From NCBI GenBank assembly GCA_028691985.1, contig JAQUYG010000001.1:27617-91616 (forward strand): DNA of 64,000 nucleotides, read 5' to 3'. The position numbers were made by a program, and so were the translations under genes. The stretch is from Minisyncoccota bacterium (GTDB lineage Bacteria; Patescibacteriota; Minisyncoccia; JAHIHE01; JAGLIN01). Position 1 is the first letter of the stretch; every line of letters starts with the position of its first letter. Positions 48,654-59,324 of the stretch are shown here, in pieces. The notes beneath the pieces are model-generated. The model made no database searches and was not told the origin of the DNA. It saw nothing but the letters and a program-made list of their open reading frames with translations.

Positions 48654-49017
48654 GTTTTTTTATAAAATCCAAAGAAATAGAATTAACGCAATACCGTGTA
48701 TTCTTGTCTGTCATCCCTTCCCCCAAAAAAACATGCCCCAGATGCGCACCGCAATTAGCGCAAATGATTTCCGTTCGAATTTTATCTGCGTCATTAACCC
48801 TTTTGACTGCACCCCCAATTTCATCATCGAAACTTGGCCAGCCGCAATTAGAGTTAAATTTGTCCCCGGAGTTATAAAGCTCTGCCCCACACCTTTTGCA
48901 AGTATAAACCCCCTCTTCGTCAGAATTAAAATACTTTCCTGAAAATGGCCTTTCAGTCATTTTTTTAACGATAACGTCTTCTTCCTCTGGAGTAAGTTTT
49001 TTGTATGCTTTCTCCAT
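48643..49017 (-). CDS. msrB: Peptide-methionine (R)-S-oxide reductase
   Basis: TERPFSG, CGWPSF, HLGHVF, RYCVNS. Confidence 0.97.
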   Translation of the reverse strand: MEKAYKKLTPEEEDVIVKKMTERPFSGKYFNSDEEGVYTCKRCGAELYNSGDKFNSNCGWPSFDDEIGGAVKRVNDADKIRTEIICANCGAHLGHVFLGEGMTDKNTRYCVNSISLDFIKKHEG

Positions 49018-49198
49018 ATGGCTTGAATAATGATTATATTGGAACTATTATGGCACAACAAAAAGATAAAGTCACTTTTTTATCCGCAGGGTAGTTTTCA
49101 TTGTTCTTATCAAAATCCACGATTTTTCGACAGGATACAATTAGCACAACCCTTCTTAAAACAAATAGAATAATGATTAATTTTAGCCAACCATTTTT

Positions 49199-49687
49199 TC
49201 AAACTTCTGCGAAAATAATCATATAATTATGTCCGAACTTCTTGGCGCATTTCGGACAATAAGCATAATGAACATAATATTTTTTAGCCTTCTTTCCGAC
49301 TCCGGCTAAATATTTATCCATCTGTTTTATCAATTTAGGGATTGCATTATACGAATCATCGAAAACCTTGCTAATAAATGTTCCTGAAATCACAGCATTG
49401 TTCGCGCCAGGAACATTTCCTGTCACAGACAAATACAGCTCCGATCTAAAAGCAGAAGGATCACAAAACAAAACCAGAGTGTCCTCTTTATCGTCCGAAG
49501 TAGCTTTTACCTCCTCTGCCATCTTCCACATCTTAGATATCTTTTTACCGATCATAGGAGGAAAAGGAAGATGAAATAATGTAGGTATAGACTCTTTGAT
49601 AAATTGTTTATTATCCCAATCTAATGTCTTTTCGTCCCATTTCTCTAGGTTAAATTTGGGACAACATTCATCGTTTTCTTGGTTCAT
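49199..49687 (-). CDS. Conserved hypothetical protein
   Basis: ECCPKF..WD and YAYCPKCAKKFGHNY motifs. Confidence 0.75.
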   Translation of the reverse strand: MNQENDECCPKFNLEKWDEKTLDWDNKQFIKESIPTLFHLPFPPMIGKKISKMWKMAEEVKATSDDKEDTLVLFCDPSAFRSELYLSVTGNVPGANNAVISGTFISKVFDDSYNAIPKLIKQMDKYLAGVGKKAKKYYVHYAYCPKCAKKFGHNYMIIFAEV

Positions 49688-49841
49688 ATATTTATTTTAT
49701 CACAAATTATATGCCATTTTAACGGTAAACCCTATTTCAGAAATAAATCAATATTAAACAAACTAGAATGAAATTAACAGATTAAAGCTATTATAACCCA
49801 GAAAGAAACAAAGTCATTTTTTCTATGATGAATAGATTATA

Positions 49842-50237
49842 AGAACCTCTGAAAAACTAAGAGCTATTGATTTTAAGTGCTAACAGCTCCTGTACAAGCT
49901 AGATAATTCGAGAACAAAACACCGCATAAATTTCATCCATATTATATTTTTCGTGTGTCATGCCGGGCCCCAACCCGGTATCTTCGTTATATTTCGCTTT
50001 TACTTTACTATAATGCTTAATCGTTATACTCCGTAGATTCTGGATATTTTGCAGTAAAGAAATTCCGGAATGACAAATACTGCGTTTTCGGCATTTTAGA
50101 AAAATTCTTCGAAATATTTTATACAGGAACTGTCAGTGAATTAAGTAACTTGTACAATTCCTGCAGAGGCGGGAATCTAGACTTGAAGGAAAAAGATAAA
50201 TTTAAAAATCGATATTTCTTAGTTTTTCAGAGGTTCC
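49842..50237. mobile_element. MITE-like element with 20 bp perfect TIRs, flanked by TA
   Basis: GAACCTCTGAAAAACTAAGA at 49843-49862 and its reverse complement at 50217-50236; TA at 49840-49841 and 50238-50239; no ORF inside. Confidence 0.75.
49956..50154 (+). repeat. REPIN-like inverted doublet, copy 2
   Basis: TGTCATGCCGGG..CCCGGTATCT...AGATT...TTCCGGAATGACA (49956-50075); similar to 38816-39013. Confidence 0.8.
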
Positions 50238-50258
50238 TATGTATTTTCTATTAAAAAT

Positions 50259-50543
50259 TCAATAACTATCTTTTTTATCTTCTGAAAATAATCTCTTTTT
50301 TATAATTTCTAATTTATCCTCTCGCGATAACTTTTTGATTCGAGCCTCTTCCTTGGTCGCAGTCGACCTAGTTCGGAAAGATTTAGAAAACAAAAGTTCC
50401 ACCGGCCGACGAGACTTTGTATATTTCGCACCCAACTTCGAAAAATTATGTTCTTCCACTCTCCGCGCCAAATCCACCGTAATCCCGGTATAAAGTGTCC
50501 CGTCCGCACATTTTAATATATAGAGGTAATACATAATATTCAT
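50259..50543 (-). CDS. GIY-YIG nuclease family protein (UPF0213-like)
   Basis: YYLYILKCADGTLYTGIT..RRVEEHN..GAKYTKSRRPV...EARIKKL. Confidence 0.93.
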   Translation of the reverse strand: MNIMYYLYILKCADGTLYTGITVDLARRVEEHNFSKLGAKYTKSRRPVELLFSKSFRTRSTATKEEARIKKLSREDKLEIIKKRLFSEDKKDSY

Positions 50544-50657
50544 TAGACTGCACCCTTAACAAAATAATATTTTCTTATTTATTATCTCACATTTAAAGAT
50601 AAGACAAAAGGACAGTCCTTAAAAATAGACTGCCCTTCCGTGTGCTCGGCAAAAGTA

Positions 50658-51488
50658 CTACCGCCTCTTCCCGGCATGTTCATTGCTCTGTATGTAGCTT
50701 ACGCAACTACCCTGATTCCTAAATCCAAGATCTCTCCATCCGCCCCGCTTGTACTGATTCTTGCTTTTAAGATGAAGTTTGTTTTTCACCTTCACATTGA
50801 TCAGATCGAAATCTTCGTTTCCAGAGTCATCTTCAGCCTCCAGATTAATAAAATACATACCATTATCGACAGCAGTCGTGTCCCAAACGAACAATGATTC
50901 ATCTGTAAAAGAAATACCGTCACTGTTATTGATGATCTCCACTACAACATTATCATGGTCTCTGATAGTCAGAGCATAGCCCTTCAGATTATCGTCCTGC
51001 ACTGAACCACGGATGTCCACACTGCCAGAAACGGTTTCGTCATCTGCCGGCTGCAATATTTCTACTTCGGGGTCAGTTGTGTTCGCGACCGGTTCATCAA
51101 CAACCTCGAATTCTCGCGTGAGCCTTATATTGCTCTCTCCTGCATCCTCAAGGGGATTAAAAACGAAACAATAGGCTCCTTTTCCCCAAGAAGTCGTATC
51201 GGCAGTAGCAACAAAATCTCCACTACCTGACCATGAATAACTGTCGGAGTGCCCATCAACATTTCCCAAAACTGTTCCTGTTTTTGCAGCGCAAGTACCT
51301 TTTCGCACCGCCCAAGAAACATTATCATTGTCATCGTCTATCAAAGTCGCCCTAAAATCGACCATGCCGTAAACTTCTTCTCCTGTTCCTGGAGAGGTTA
51401 TCTCAGCCGAGCGCTCGACTTCCGCCACGCAGCTCAGAACTGGAAATAATGCCATAAAGGCTGTTAGGAATAATGCGATTTTTTTCAT
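50658..51488 (-). CDS. Secreted Ig-like-domain protein
   Basis: Signal peptide; ITSP/ILQP repeats; WDTTAVDNG.Y; FRNQGSCVSY tail. Confidence 0.75.
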   Translation of the reverse strand: MKKIALFLTAFMALFPVLSCVAEVERSAEITSPGTGEEVYGMVDFRATLIDDDNDNVSWAVRKGTCAAKTGTVLGNVDGHSDSYSWSGSGDFVATADTTSWGKGAYCFVFNPLEDAGESNIRLTREFEVVDEPVANTTDPEVEILQPADDETVSGSVDIRGSVQDDNLKGYALTIRDHDNVVVEIINNSDGISFTDESLFVWDTTAVDNGMYFINLEAEDDSGNEDFDLINVKVKNKLHLKSKNQYKRGGWRDLGFRNQGSCVSYIQSNEHAGKRR

Positions 51489-51776
51489 ATTTTTGATATT
51501 AGACTTTTAATATATAGAAGGTGCTGATTGGCGTAAAACTGGTCCGTGCTAAAAAATATTTTCAACTCCTCCCTTCAAGTAATTATGCTAAATCTTCTAC
51601 TTTTAGGCAAATAAGTTATACACAACGCCAGAATCCTATAGGCTGGCATCAATCATTCGGAAGATCGCATATCTTCGGCAAAATATTTCTTTTTGCCCTC
51701 TCGGAATATACTCAAAAGAATGCTATAATTCAATGTAAGTGAAAAAAGACTAAAGATTCACAGCCCGTATCAATAT

Positions 51777-53915
51777 ATGAAAACTCTCTTAAAACAATAT
51801 TTCGGATATGATCAGTTCCGTCCGCTTCAAGAAGAAATCATCCAGAATGTCATCGAAAAAAATGACACTTTTGTGCTAATGCCGACCGGGGGAGGAAAGT
51901 CGCTCTGCTATCAATTGCCGGCACTCAAATTCAAAGGCATTACACTGGTAGTCTCCCCCCTTATCGCGCTTATGAAAGACCAAGTGGACGCGCTTCAGTC
52001 TTGCGGCATCCGCGCGGAGTTCATCAACTCCAGTCTGTCGGCAGGAGAAATACAGAAAATCTATGAAGAGACGGAAGGTGGTGAAATTAAAATTCTCTAT
52101 ATCGCGCCGGAAAGATTTGCTCTCAAAAGCTTCCAAGCTTGGGTACAATCTTTGCCCGTAAGCCTCATAGCGGTTGATGAAGCGCACTGCATATCTGAAT
52201 GGGGGCATGACTTCCGTCCTGAATACCGTAATTTGAGATATCTTCGCAAACTCTTTCCAAAAGTGCCGCTTATCGCCCTGACGGCAACCGCCACCGACAA
52301 AGTCCGCGAAGACATCATCAACCAGCTCGAGCTTCAAGAAGCGAAAATTTTTATTTCAAGCTTCAATCGAGAAAATCTGCATCTAAGTGTCGTGGAAAAG
52401 AAAAATGCCTTTCCCAAGCTCCTCGATATTCTGGACAAATACAGAGATGAATCCTCGATTATCTATTGTTTTTCGCGCAAAGAAACAGAAAAAATCGCCG
52501 AGAAACTCATCGGTAACGGCTTCAAGGCCTGTGCCTACCACGCGGGACTTTCCAAGGAGAAAAGAAAAAAGGCTCAAGATAGTTTCATAAAGGACAAGGT
52601 AAATGTTATCGTTGGCACTATCGCCTTCGGAATGGGTATCAATAAACCTGATGTACGGCTAGTCGTACATTACACCTATCCCAAAACTCTCGAAGGCTAT
52701 TATCAGGAGATCGGCCGTGCCGGACGAGACGGACTTCCGAGCGATTGCGTCATGTTTTATACCTACGCCGACACTCGCAAGCATGAATTTTTTATCAATC
52801 AGATCTATGACCAAGAGTTGAAAGGCCGTGCTGAAGAAAAGCTGGGGGAAATGATGACCTATGGCGAGCTTACCACTTGCCGGAAGAAATATGTCCTCCG
52901 CTATTTCGGGGAGAATTTCGAGAAAGATAATTGTGGCAGTTGTGACATCTGCCTCACAGATAAAATAATGTTTGATGCTACCGTCGTTTCCCAAAAAATC
53001 CTCTCCGCCGTCATCCGAACCGAAAACAAATTCGGTAAAGGCTATATCGCACAAGTGCTACGCGGGAAAAAAAATCAAAAAATATCAGCAAACGGACATG
53101 ACAGACTCTCCGTCTTCGGCATCGTCCGAGATTTTTCCGAAAATGAACTGGGGCAAATCATAAACCACTTGGTCGGTTTGGAATATCTGCGAAAAGACAT
53201 AGGCAAATATCCGACGCTAGGCATCACGCGAAAAGGAGTGGATTTCCTGAAAGGTAGTGAGCTTTTAGAAATTCCAAAGCCTCAAGCGGACATCATCAAG
53301 GAAATCAAGACCGGCAAATTCGATTACAACACAGAGCTGTTTGAGAAACTGCGCGAACTACGAAAAAGTCTGGCAGAAAAAGCCAATGTTCCTCCTTTTG
53401 TCATTTTTGGAGATCAGAGTCTGCAGGAAATGGCCTATTACCTACCGCAAAATAGAGAGGCTTTCGCGCGTATCGGCGGAGTAGGTGTAAAAAAATTGGA
53501 AGACCTGAGCGAAATCTTCCTTGGCACAATCGTGGATTTCACTACAAAAGAAAATCTTGCCCCTATCGAGATCCCCGATAAACCTTCCATGCGAACCACG
53601 AAAAATCCAAAAGTAGAAACCGCCTTGATAACTCAAGGGCTCATAGCTCAAAAAATACCTCTTGCTAAAATTGCAGAGAAGCAAGGACTGAAAATCGGCA
53701 CGATTATTAATCACATCACTCAGATAATTGACAGAGGGGAAGAGTTGGACCTGAGTTATATAGATTTTCCCCCAGAAAAAATAACGGAAATCGCCTCAGC
53801 TTTCGAAGAATGTGGTAATGAAAGGTTAAGACCGATTTTCGACTGCCTCGACGGAAAATATTCTTATGATGACATCCGTATGGCAGTAATCTTGATCAAA
53901 AATCGAGAAAAGTAA
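51777..53915 (+). CDS. recQ: DNA helicase RecQ
   Basis: MPTGGGKSLCYQLP, DEAHCISEWGHDFRP, QEIGRAGRDG, RQC and HRDC domains. Confidence 0.97.
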   Translation: MKTLLKQYFGYDQFRPLQEEIIQNVIEKNDTFVLMPTGGGKSLCYQLPALKFKGITLVVSPLIALMKDQVDALQSCGIRAEFINSSLSAGEIQKIYEETEGGEIKILYIAPERFALKSFQAWVQSLPVSLIAVDEAHCISEWGHDFRPEYRNLRYLRKLFPKVPLIALTATATDKVREDIINQLELQEAKIFISSFNRENLHLSVVEKKNAFPKLLDILDKYRDESSIIYCFSRKETEKIAEKLIGNGFKACAYHAGLSKEKRKKAQDSFIKDKVNVIVGTIAFGMGINKPDVRLVVHYTYPKTLEGYYQEIGRAGRDGLPSDCVMFYTYADTRKHEFFINQIYDQELKGRAEEKLGEMMTYGELTTCRKKYVLRYFGENFEKDNCGSCDICLTDKIMFDATVVSQKILSAVIRTENKFGKGYIAQVLRGKKNQKISANGHDRLSVFGIVRDFSENELGQIINHLVGLEYLRKDIGKYPTLGITRKGVDFLKGSELLEIPKPQADIIKEIKTGKFDYNTELFEKLRELRKSLAEKANVPPFVIFGDQSLQEMAYYLPQNREAFARIGGVGVKKLEDLSEIFLGTIVDFTTKENLAPIEIPDKPSMRTTKNPKVETALITQGLIAQKIPLAKIAEKQGLKIGTIINHITQIIDRGEELDLSYIDFPPEKITEIASAFEECGNERLRPIFDCLDGKYSYDDIRMAVILIKNREK

Positions 53916-53923
53916 CAGATTAC

Positions 53924-53968
53924 AAAAAAAAGGACTGGCCTCGCAGAATAGAAAGGCCGGTCTTTTTT
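53924..53968. terminator. Bidirectional terminator
   Basis: AAAAAAGGACTGGCCT...AGGCCGGTCTTTTTT. Confidence 0.7.
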
Positions 53969-53988
53969 ATATCCAATTTGCCGGCTTC

Positions 53989-55341
53989 TTATCCAAAAAG
54001 CCCGCCGACATACTTTTCTCCACCATTTTTCTCGAGAAAATCTTTTTGCGTTTTTACCAGGTTTTTCTTGTCCATTTTTAGATAGTCTTTTTCGTCTTCT
54101 TCTGATTTAGCGAGCAATTCGCGATCAAGGATAATGACTTCCTCCTTCGCCCGAAGCGCCATCTCGTTAAAGCCCACCAAGCTCATTCCCGCCAGCGAAC
54201 GCACGCGGGAAAGCGCCACATAACCCATACCGAATTCGAAAGTTTTACGCAGATCGATTTCTGCCGCATCCAAGCTCATGCCCTGACTCTTGTGCACCGT
54301 AATCGCCCACGCCAGCCTGAGCGGCACCTGCCGGACCGAAGCAATGACCTCTTTGCCATCCTCCACGACCCATTGCTCCGGATAAGCCGTAATCAGATTG
54401 CCATCAAAAGTTCTTACCACAGGATAATTATCGTTTTCTTCGTCAAAATCCACAACCTTGCCCAAAGTACCATTAACAAAGCCCTTATTAAAATTATTTT
54501 TGACGAACATCACCACCGCCCCGATTTTCAGTGTCAGATTCTGCGGCGCCAAGCAATACCCTTTTCTCAATCTCTCCACCAGATTATCAACCCCTTCTGC
54601 TTCCATCTCGTAAGAAATCTCCTTAGTCTTCAGCTTATCCAGTTCCTGAAAATTATAATCCTCGACATCAATGTTATGCGTATGCAATTTTGTAGGCTTT
54701 ATCTCAGATTTGACTGTCTTACCCAAACGCTTTTCTAATATTTTTATAGTCTTCTCCGTCACTTCATTTTTTCGGATATCCCCGAGCAATTGCAAAAATT
54801 TCTTATCCGATTGTCGATGTTGCTCCTCCAGATAACAAACTCTGATATCCATATTATTCCAAATATGAGATTCTGTGACAAAGCGCCCGTCTTTCCCGCC
54901 CCGCTTGACCGGAGGCAACTGAAAAAAATCGCCGCAAAAAACCACCTGCATACCACCGAAAGGTCTCATGTCTTCTTTAAATGTCCTGCAAATCCAATCA
55001 ATCAGATCAAGTTGCTTGGCATTGAGCATCGAAATCTCATCTATTATCAGAACCTTGGTAAAAGCCACGCTACGGAATAAATAATTTTTCTTTTTAAGTG
55101 CGTTAATCTTATCAATTAACAACTCATCTTCAATCCCCATTCCGCACCAAGAATGAATCGTACGCCCACCCAGATGTGTCGCCGCAATGCCCGTAGAAGC
55201 AGTAACCGCCACTGCGATATTATTATCCCTAAGATATTTTATATATTGCGTCAACAAAAAAGTCTTGCCCGACCCCGCCGGACCCGTCAAAAAAACGCTC
55301 TCCCCCGATTTCAATATATCCAAAGCTTGCTTCTGTTTCAT
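53989..55341 (-). CDS. Pif1-family 5'-3' DNA helicase
   Basis: TGPAGSGKT, TASTGIAA, IDEISML, GDFFQLPPV, LAWAITVHKSQG, YVALSR. Confidence 0.94.
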   Translation of the reverse strand: MKQKQALDILKSGESVFLTGPAGSGKTFLLTQYIKYLRDNNIAVAVTASTGIAATHLGGRTIHSWCGMGIEDELLIDKINALKKKNYLFRSVAFTKVLIIDEISMLNAKQLDLIDWICRTFKEDMRPFGGMQVVFCGDFFQLPPVKRGGKDGRFVTESHIWNNMDIRVCYLEEQHRQSDKKFLQLLGDIRKNEVTEKTIKILEKRLGKTVKSEIKPTKLHTHNIDVEDYNFQELDKLKTKEISYEMEAEGVDNLVERLRKGYCLAPQNLTLKIGAVVMFVKNNFNKGFVNGTLGKVVDFDEENDNYPVVRTFDGNLITAYPEQWVVEDGKEVIASVRQVPLRLAWAITVHKSQGMSLDAAEIDLRKTFEFGMGYVALSRVRSLAGMSLVGFNEMALRAKEEVIILDRELLAKSEEDEKDYLKMDKKNLVKTQKDFLEKNGGEKYVGGLFG

Positions 55342-55523
55342 AATTTGTTTTTTTCCTAGATAAAATACCATTTACACCCTTAATTCAGGCAGAGCCCCCC
55401 TCGCCGTGTCTATCATCCTCACCATTTCAGAATACCACAAACGAGAAAGAGATTCTACCTTTGCCGGGAAACGAAAAACTTGTATAATACTAATAAGTAG
55501 GCTTTTATCAATAACAATCATAT

Positions 55524-56240
55524 ATGTTCAACCCCGAATGCCCGATAGGCCAGATTCCTGCAGAAGAACCCTTCAAAGAGGAACTGTCGGAAAACGAAGG
55601 AGAGGAAGAGAAAAAAGAAAAACAATCCCTCGCCAAAGAAATCATCGACAATGGCTACGAAGAAATTAAAACATTGGCGGAAAATATTTACGAAAAAATC
55701 AAATCGGACGACACCAAAATAGAAATGGCATGTATTGTTACCGAAACCTTGGATAAAATTGCCAATGACGAAGAGATAGTGAAGTATCTCCAAGAACACG
55801 GATGCATTGACGATAAAATTGCTAAAATCAGCGTGCTGATGATACCCTTGATTGAAAAATCCATCCTAGTCGAGCAAACTGAACTCTCAGAGCAAAAGAA
55901 AGAAGAAGCAAGAAAAACAGCAGAGAAAGTGAAAGGTGTTTGTAAAGCGCTCCTCTTTAAAGACGGTCCCGCTATCGACGCAAAAACTATTAAAGAGGTT
56001 CTAGCCGTCATCATTCCAGAAAATCCCGAAGATGATTATACCTATATCGACCAGGCAGGAGATAGCCTGATTGGATTGGCAACCCGATATGAAGGCAACA
56101 GGGCTTCGACTATCAGAACTTTTGCATACATCCTAAAAAATAAAGCGTTTCAAAGTGTGGTATCGGGTGTCTTCAGAAAATGGCTGGAGAATAGAACGGA
56201 AGAAGAAAATATCGAAGACAAAGCAAGCACAACAACATAG
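55524..56240 (+). CDS. Hypothetical protein
   Basis: 238-aa helical ORF with an upstream TATAAT and a downstream hairpin. Confidence 0.7.
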   Translation: MFNPECPIGQIPAEEPFKEELSENEGEEEKKEKQSLAKEIIDNGYEEIKTLAENIYEKIKSDDTKIEMACIVTETLDKIANDEEIVKYLQEHGCIDDKIAKISVLMIPLIEKSILVEQTELSEQKKEEARKTAEKVKGVCKALLFKDGPAIDAKTIKEVLAVIIPENPEDDYTYIDQAGDSLIGLATRYEGNRASTIRTFAYILKNKAFQSVVSGVFRKWLENRTEEENIEDKASTTT

Positions 56241-56310
56241 GACACAATCGAGCAGCTACAACAGAGCTGCTTTATTGTGTCCGCAGGATTTAATAAAACC
56301 ATTTTGTATT

Positions 56311-56661
56311 TTACTCTAATAATTTTATCCTGATTCCTAACACTCCATATTCCGCCTCTTGTTCTTTGGTATAAACTTCATACATACAAGTTTCCAAGTA
56401 TTTTCTATCCGATTCCTCATATCCCAATAGTCCTGTTGGCAAATCCGAAAGCATTTCCGTAAAAGTATCATACCGGAACAACCCGACAACCCTTGTTTTG
56501 ATTTTATTCTCTAAGTCTGGCAGCTCTGAAAATTCTATCTCATCTCCTAGCATTATAATCTGCCGTTTCTCATCATAAAGCCGGAGTTCCAAAGTTTTCT
56601 TACCACTTTTCATTCTTTCAAAAGGACCCGATTGTAACTTCATTCGATATAGCATTCTCAT
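56311..56661 (-). CDS. ASCH-domain protein
   Basis: FERMKSGKKTLELRLYDEKR...GDEIEF; YGVLGI. Confidence 0.88.
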   Translation of the reverse strand: MRMLYRMKLQSGPFERMKSGKKTLELRLYDEKRQIIMLGDEIEFSELPDLENKIKTRVVGLFRYDTFTEMLSDLPTGLLGYEESDRKYLETCMYEVYTKEQEAEYGVLGIRIKLLE

Positions 56662-56666
56662 AACAA

Positions 56667-57413
56667 TTATTTTCTTAATAAATCCGCGAGTGGCTTGAAA
56701 TCCTCTTTTTTGATTTCTTCCTCAAAAAACTCCCCCTTACTCCAGAAGATTTTATAAGCCTTAGCAGACGATTTTGAACTTATGATACGATATTTGTCAT
56801 CAACAATCTCCAGCGCAGCGCAATTATCGATTGCGATTGCCACTCCCGAAGTCCTGTCCATCATTTCTCTTAATGCTTTCTTTCTATTTTTTTCAACATC
56901 ATAGTGTGGACAATGCAAAGCCTTTATCACTCCCAGCCCCGATACCTTGATAAGCTCATCCTTTCCACTAGTAAACCTCAACGAATCACTAAGCCCGTTT
57001 TTAAACCAACATATCGACCCTGCGCTTAATCCTGCCATAATTTTTCCTTTTTGGACGGCATCAACCAGCAACTCATCAACTCCATTTTTCCTCCAGATTT
57101 TCATCATAGAAAGCGTATCTCCCCCTCCCACATAAATTATATCCGCTCTGTCTATTTTGTCCTTAATTTCCTTTTTAGTTAAACCGCCTTTTATGAGAAG
57201 AAGGTTGTCCATCTCACAACCCAATTTCTCTCCAAAATATTTTCGCACGACTTCAATATATAAAGCCGAATCCAGACTTGCCGTCGGGACAAAAAGCAAC
57301 CTCGGCCTTTTCTTCCCCGCAAGTCCTATAATTTCCTTGTCGATTTCTTCCGTCTCAATCGAAAATCCAGGCCTCCCGATTTCCCCACCACCGATTGCAA
57401 TAATTTTATACAT
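56667..57413 (-). CDS. Peptidase E (S51 family)
   Basis: FVPTAS, IYVGGGDT, GLSAGSICW, CPHYD. Confidence 0.9.
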   Translation of the reverse strand: MYKIIAIGGGEIGRPGFSIETEEIDKEIIGLAGKKRPRLLFVPTASLDSALYIEVVRKYFGEKLGCEMDNLLLIKGGLTKKEIKDKIDRADIIYVGGGDTLSMMKIWRKNGVDELLVDAVQKGKIMAGLSAGSICWFKNGLSDSLRFTSGKDELIKVSGLGVIKALHCPHYDVEKNRKKALREMMDRTSGVAIAIDNCAALEIVDDKYRIISSKSSAKAYKIFWSKGEFFEEEIKKEDFKPLADLLRK

Positions 57414-57452
57414 ATAAAATCCCCATAAATCTTTAAAAAACCCTGCGCCATT

Positions 57453-57770
57453 TTATCTCCAAACCCGTTTTTTATTTATCTCTTCTTTTTCCCTAAACGC
57501 TTTCTCCAGATCAATCCCGTAACGATTGGCAATAGAAAATAAAAAAATCATAATATCAGCCATCTCCTCACCTACAGAAGTTGTTTTAGAATTTTCATCC
57601 ATCTTCATATTTTCCGCCTTACGAATTGCCTTAAAAAGCTCTCCCGTTTCTTCGCCCAAATGAAGCGCTCTTTGCAAAGCCGTCTGATCCGTAAAACCGC
57701 GCTCTTTCTCCAGCTCAGTTACATAATTTTGAAAATCTCCCAAGATTGGATTTTCTCTTAACTCAGGCAT
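57453..57770 (-). CDS. MazG-like (dCTPP1/RS21-C6-type) pyrophosphatase
   Basis: GEETGELFKAIRK, EEMAD, FREKEEINKKRVW. Confidence 0.88.
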   Translation of the reverse strand: MPELRENPILGDFQNYVTELEKERGFTDQTALQRALHLGEETGELFKAIRKAENMKMDENSKTTSVGEEMADIMIFLFSIANRYGIDLEKAFREKEEINKKRVWR

Positions 57771-57795
57771 AATTTTGTGATAATATGTTTTATAA

Positions 57796-58381
57796 TTATA
57801 ATCGGATTTTGCCTATTGCCAACTTTATCTTTTCCTCAGAATATCTAAGATAATAATCCATCGCTTTTTCATCTCCCATCTCATACAAAGATTTAGATTC
57901 CCCTAAAGCAGCGATGACATGATTCAACGGATACTTAAAATCTTCTCTCCTCACCCCCGCTGAGTTGCCCATAAATTTATAAGGGATTTCCGTCTCAAAC
58001 TTATCTATCATATTGCCTTGCCTATCCAAAAAAGCAAAAGCTCTAACTATTATTAGCAACTCTCCCTCTTTTAATATTTCACCTCGCAAAATCCTATCGA
58101 CCACACTTTTAGAATCATCACCGTCTTCTGAGCCTTCATATTTCATCCTATCATCCGCACCGACATAAATATCAATATTTCCCCTCCGACCCGCCTCTTT
58201 ATAGGAGTGCAAGGCCTTTTCGAGCGCTTTATTAATTGAACTCCCATGCTCTTCACCCTGCGACTGTAAACCGGAATCAATAAGATCTAAGAAAAAGACA
58301 ATCAGGAAGTCCACAGCCAGAAAGCAGTCCTTTTATAATCTCAAATTTATCTTTATTTTGGGTTGCTATTAATATTTTCAT
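57796..58381 (-). pseudogene. Ham1/ITPase-like protein, frameshifted
   Basis: MKILIATQNKDK N-terminus in a different frame; shift near the A5 run at 58292-58296; then EEHGSS.NKALEKA and YVGADD. Confidence 0.65.
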
Positions 58382-58489
58382 AAAATTCATATTTTTAGTA
58401 AATATTAATCAAATCTTATCACAAATCCTATAAAAATCATAACCGCTGAGAAGAAGGCCGCAAGAGCAATCCTTCTTTATATATCTCTG

Positions 58490-58872
58490 ATGATTACATT
58501 TGAGGAATATAATCGAGTCCAAACACTTCTTGGCAAAAAAGACAAACCACGCCCCATAATCCACGAATTTACCTTCGCCGGCTCAATCAACGGTACTGTT
58601 TATGGTCGTTTTTACACTGCCAAGACTAAAAAGAAACTTCTAATATCAGGTGAAATTCGAGAACACGCACATTATCATTGCACGAGGAAATCAAAAAAAT
58701 GTAATCAGAAGAAAAATCTTCCTCTAGAAAAGTTAGAAACGATGCTTGAGAAAGAAATATAAAAATAAAATATCCTGCGCCAGAAGCAGAATATCTAAGA
58801 TTAGAACCGACAAAAATACCGATGGATAAAACAAAAACAGAGGCTGCTGCCTCCGTTCGTGCACACTGGCTC
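58490..58872 (+). pseudogene. Large serine recombinase remnant
   Basis: MITFEEYNRVQ.LL, FTFAG.I, HYHCTR...CNQ zinc-ribbon remnant; separate C-terminal piece YLRLEPTK...VRAHWL; catalytic N-terminus absent. Confidence 0.7.
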
Positions 58873-59324
58873 TGTAGTAATTTTATATACTTGATCCAAT
58901 CATAGCATAGTTATTTTACCAATGATTTTCCATTTTTATTACATATTCCCCTAATCACAAGATATCTCTTGATATTATTATGCACTTTACATTCAAATAG
59001 AAAAAATTACCATAAGTACCATCATTCCTTTTACTGCTTCAGAAAAGGAATGCCTTACACTTAATCTTTTCGGCTAGCGCTCCATATGAATTCGCCCCCC
59101 CCTAATACCGTTTATGTTCACGGTCAACCTAAGACCGTTCTTTAATCCTCTTCTGATTCAAATTTACCTTTTGAGGGTATAAAAAATTATCGCGTATCTA
59201 AACGATAATTTTGTCGGCTCCGAAAGCTAGACGATATTAAAACCTATTTCTTAAACAGCAACGAGTATTTTTACATAACTAAACCAAGCGAGGAAGGCGC
59301 CATAATTAATTCCATAAAACGATT

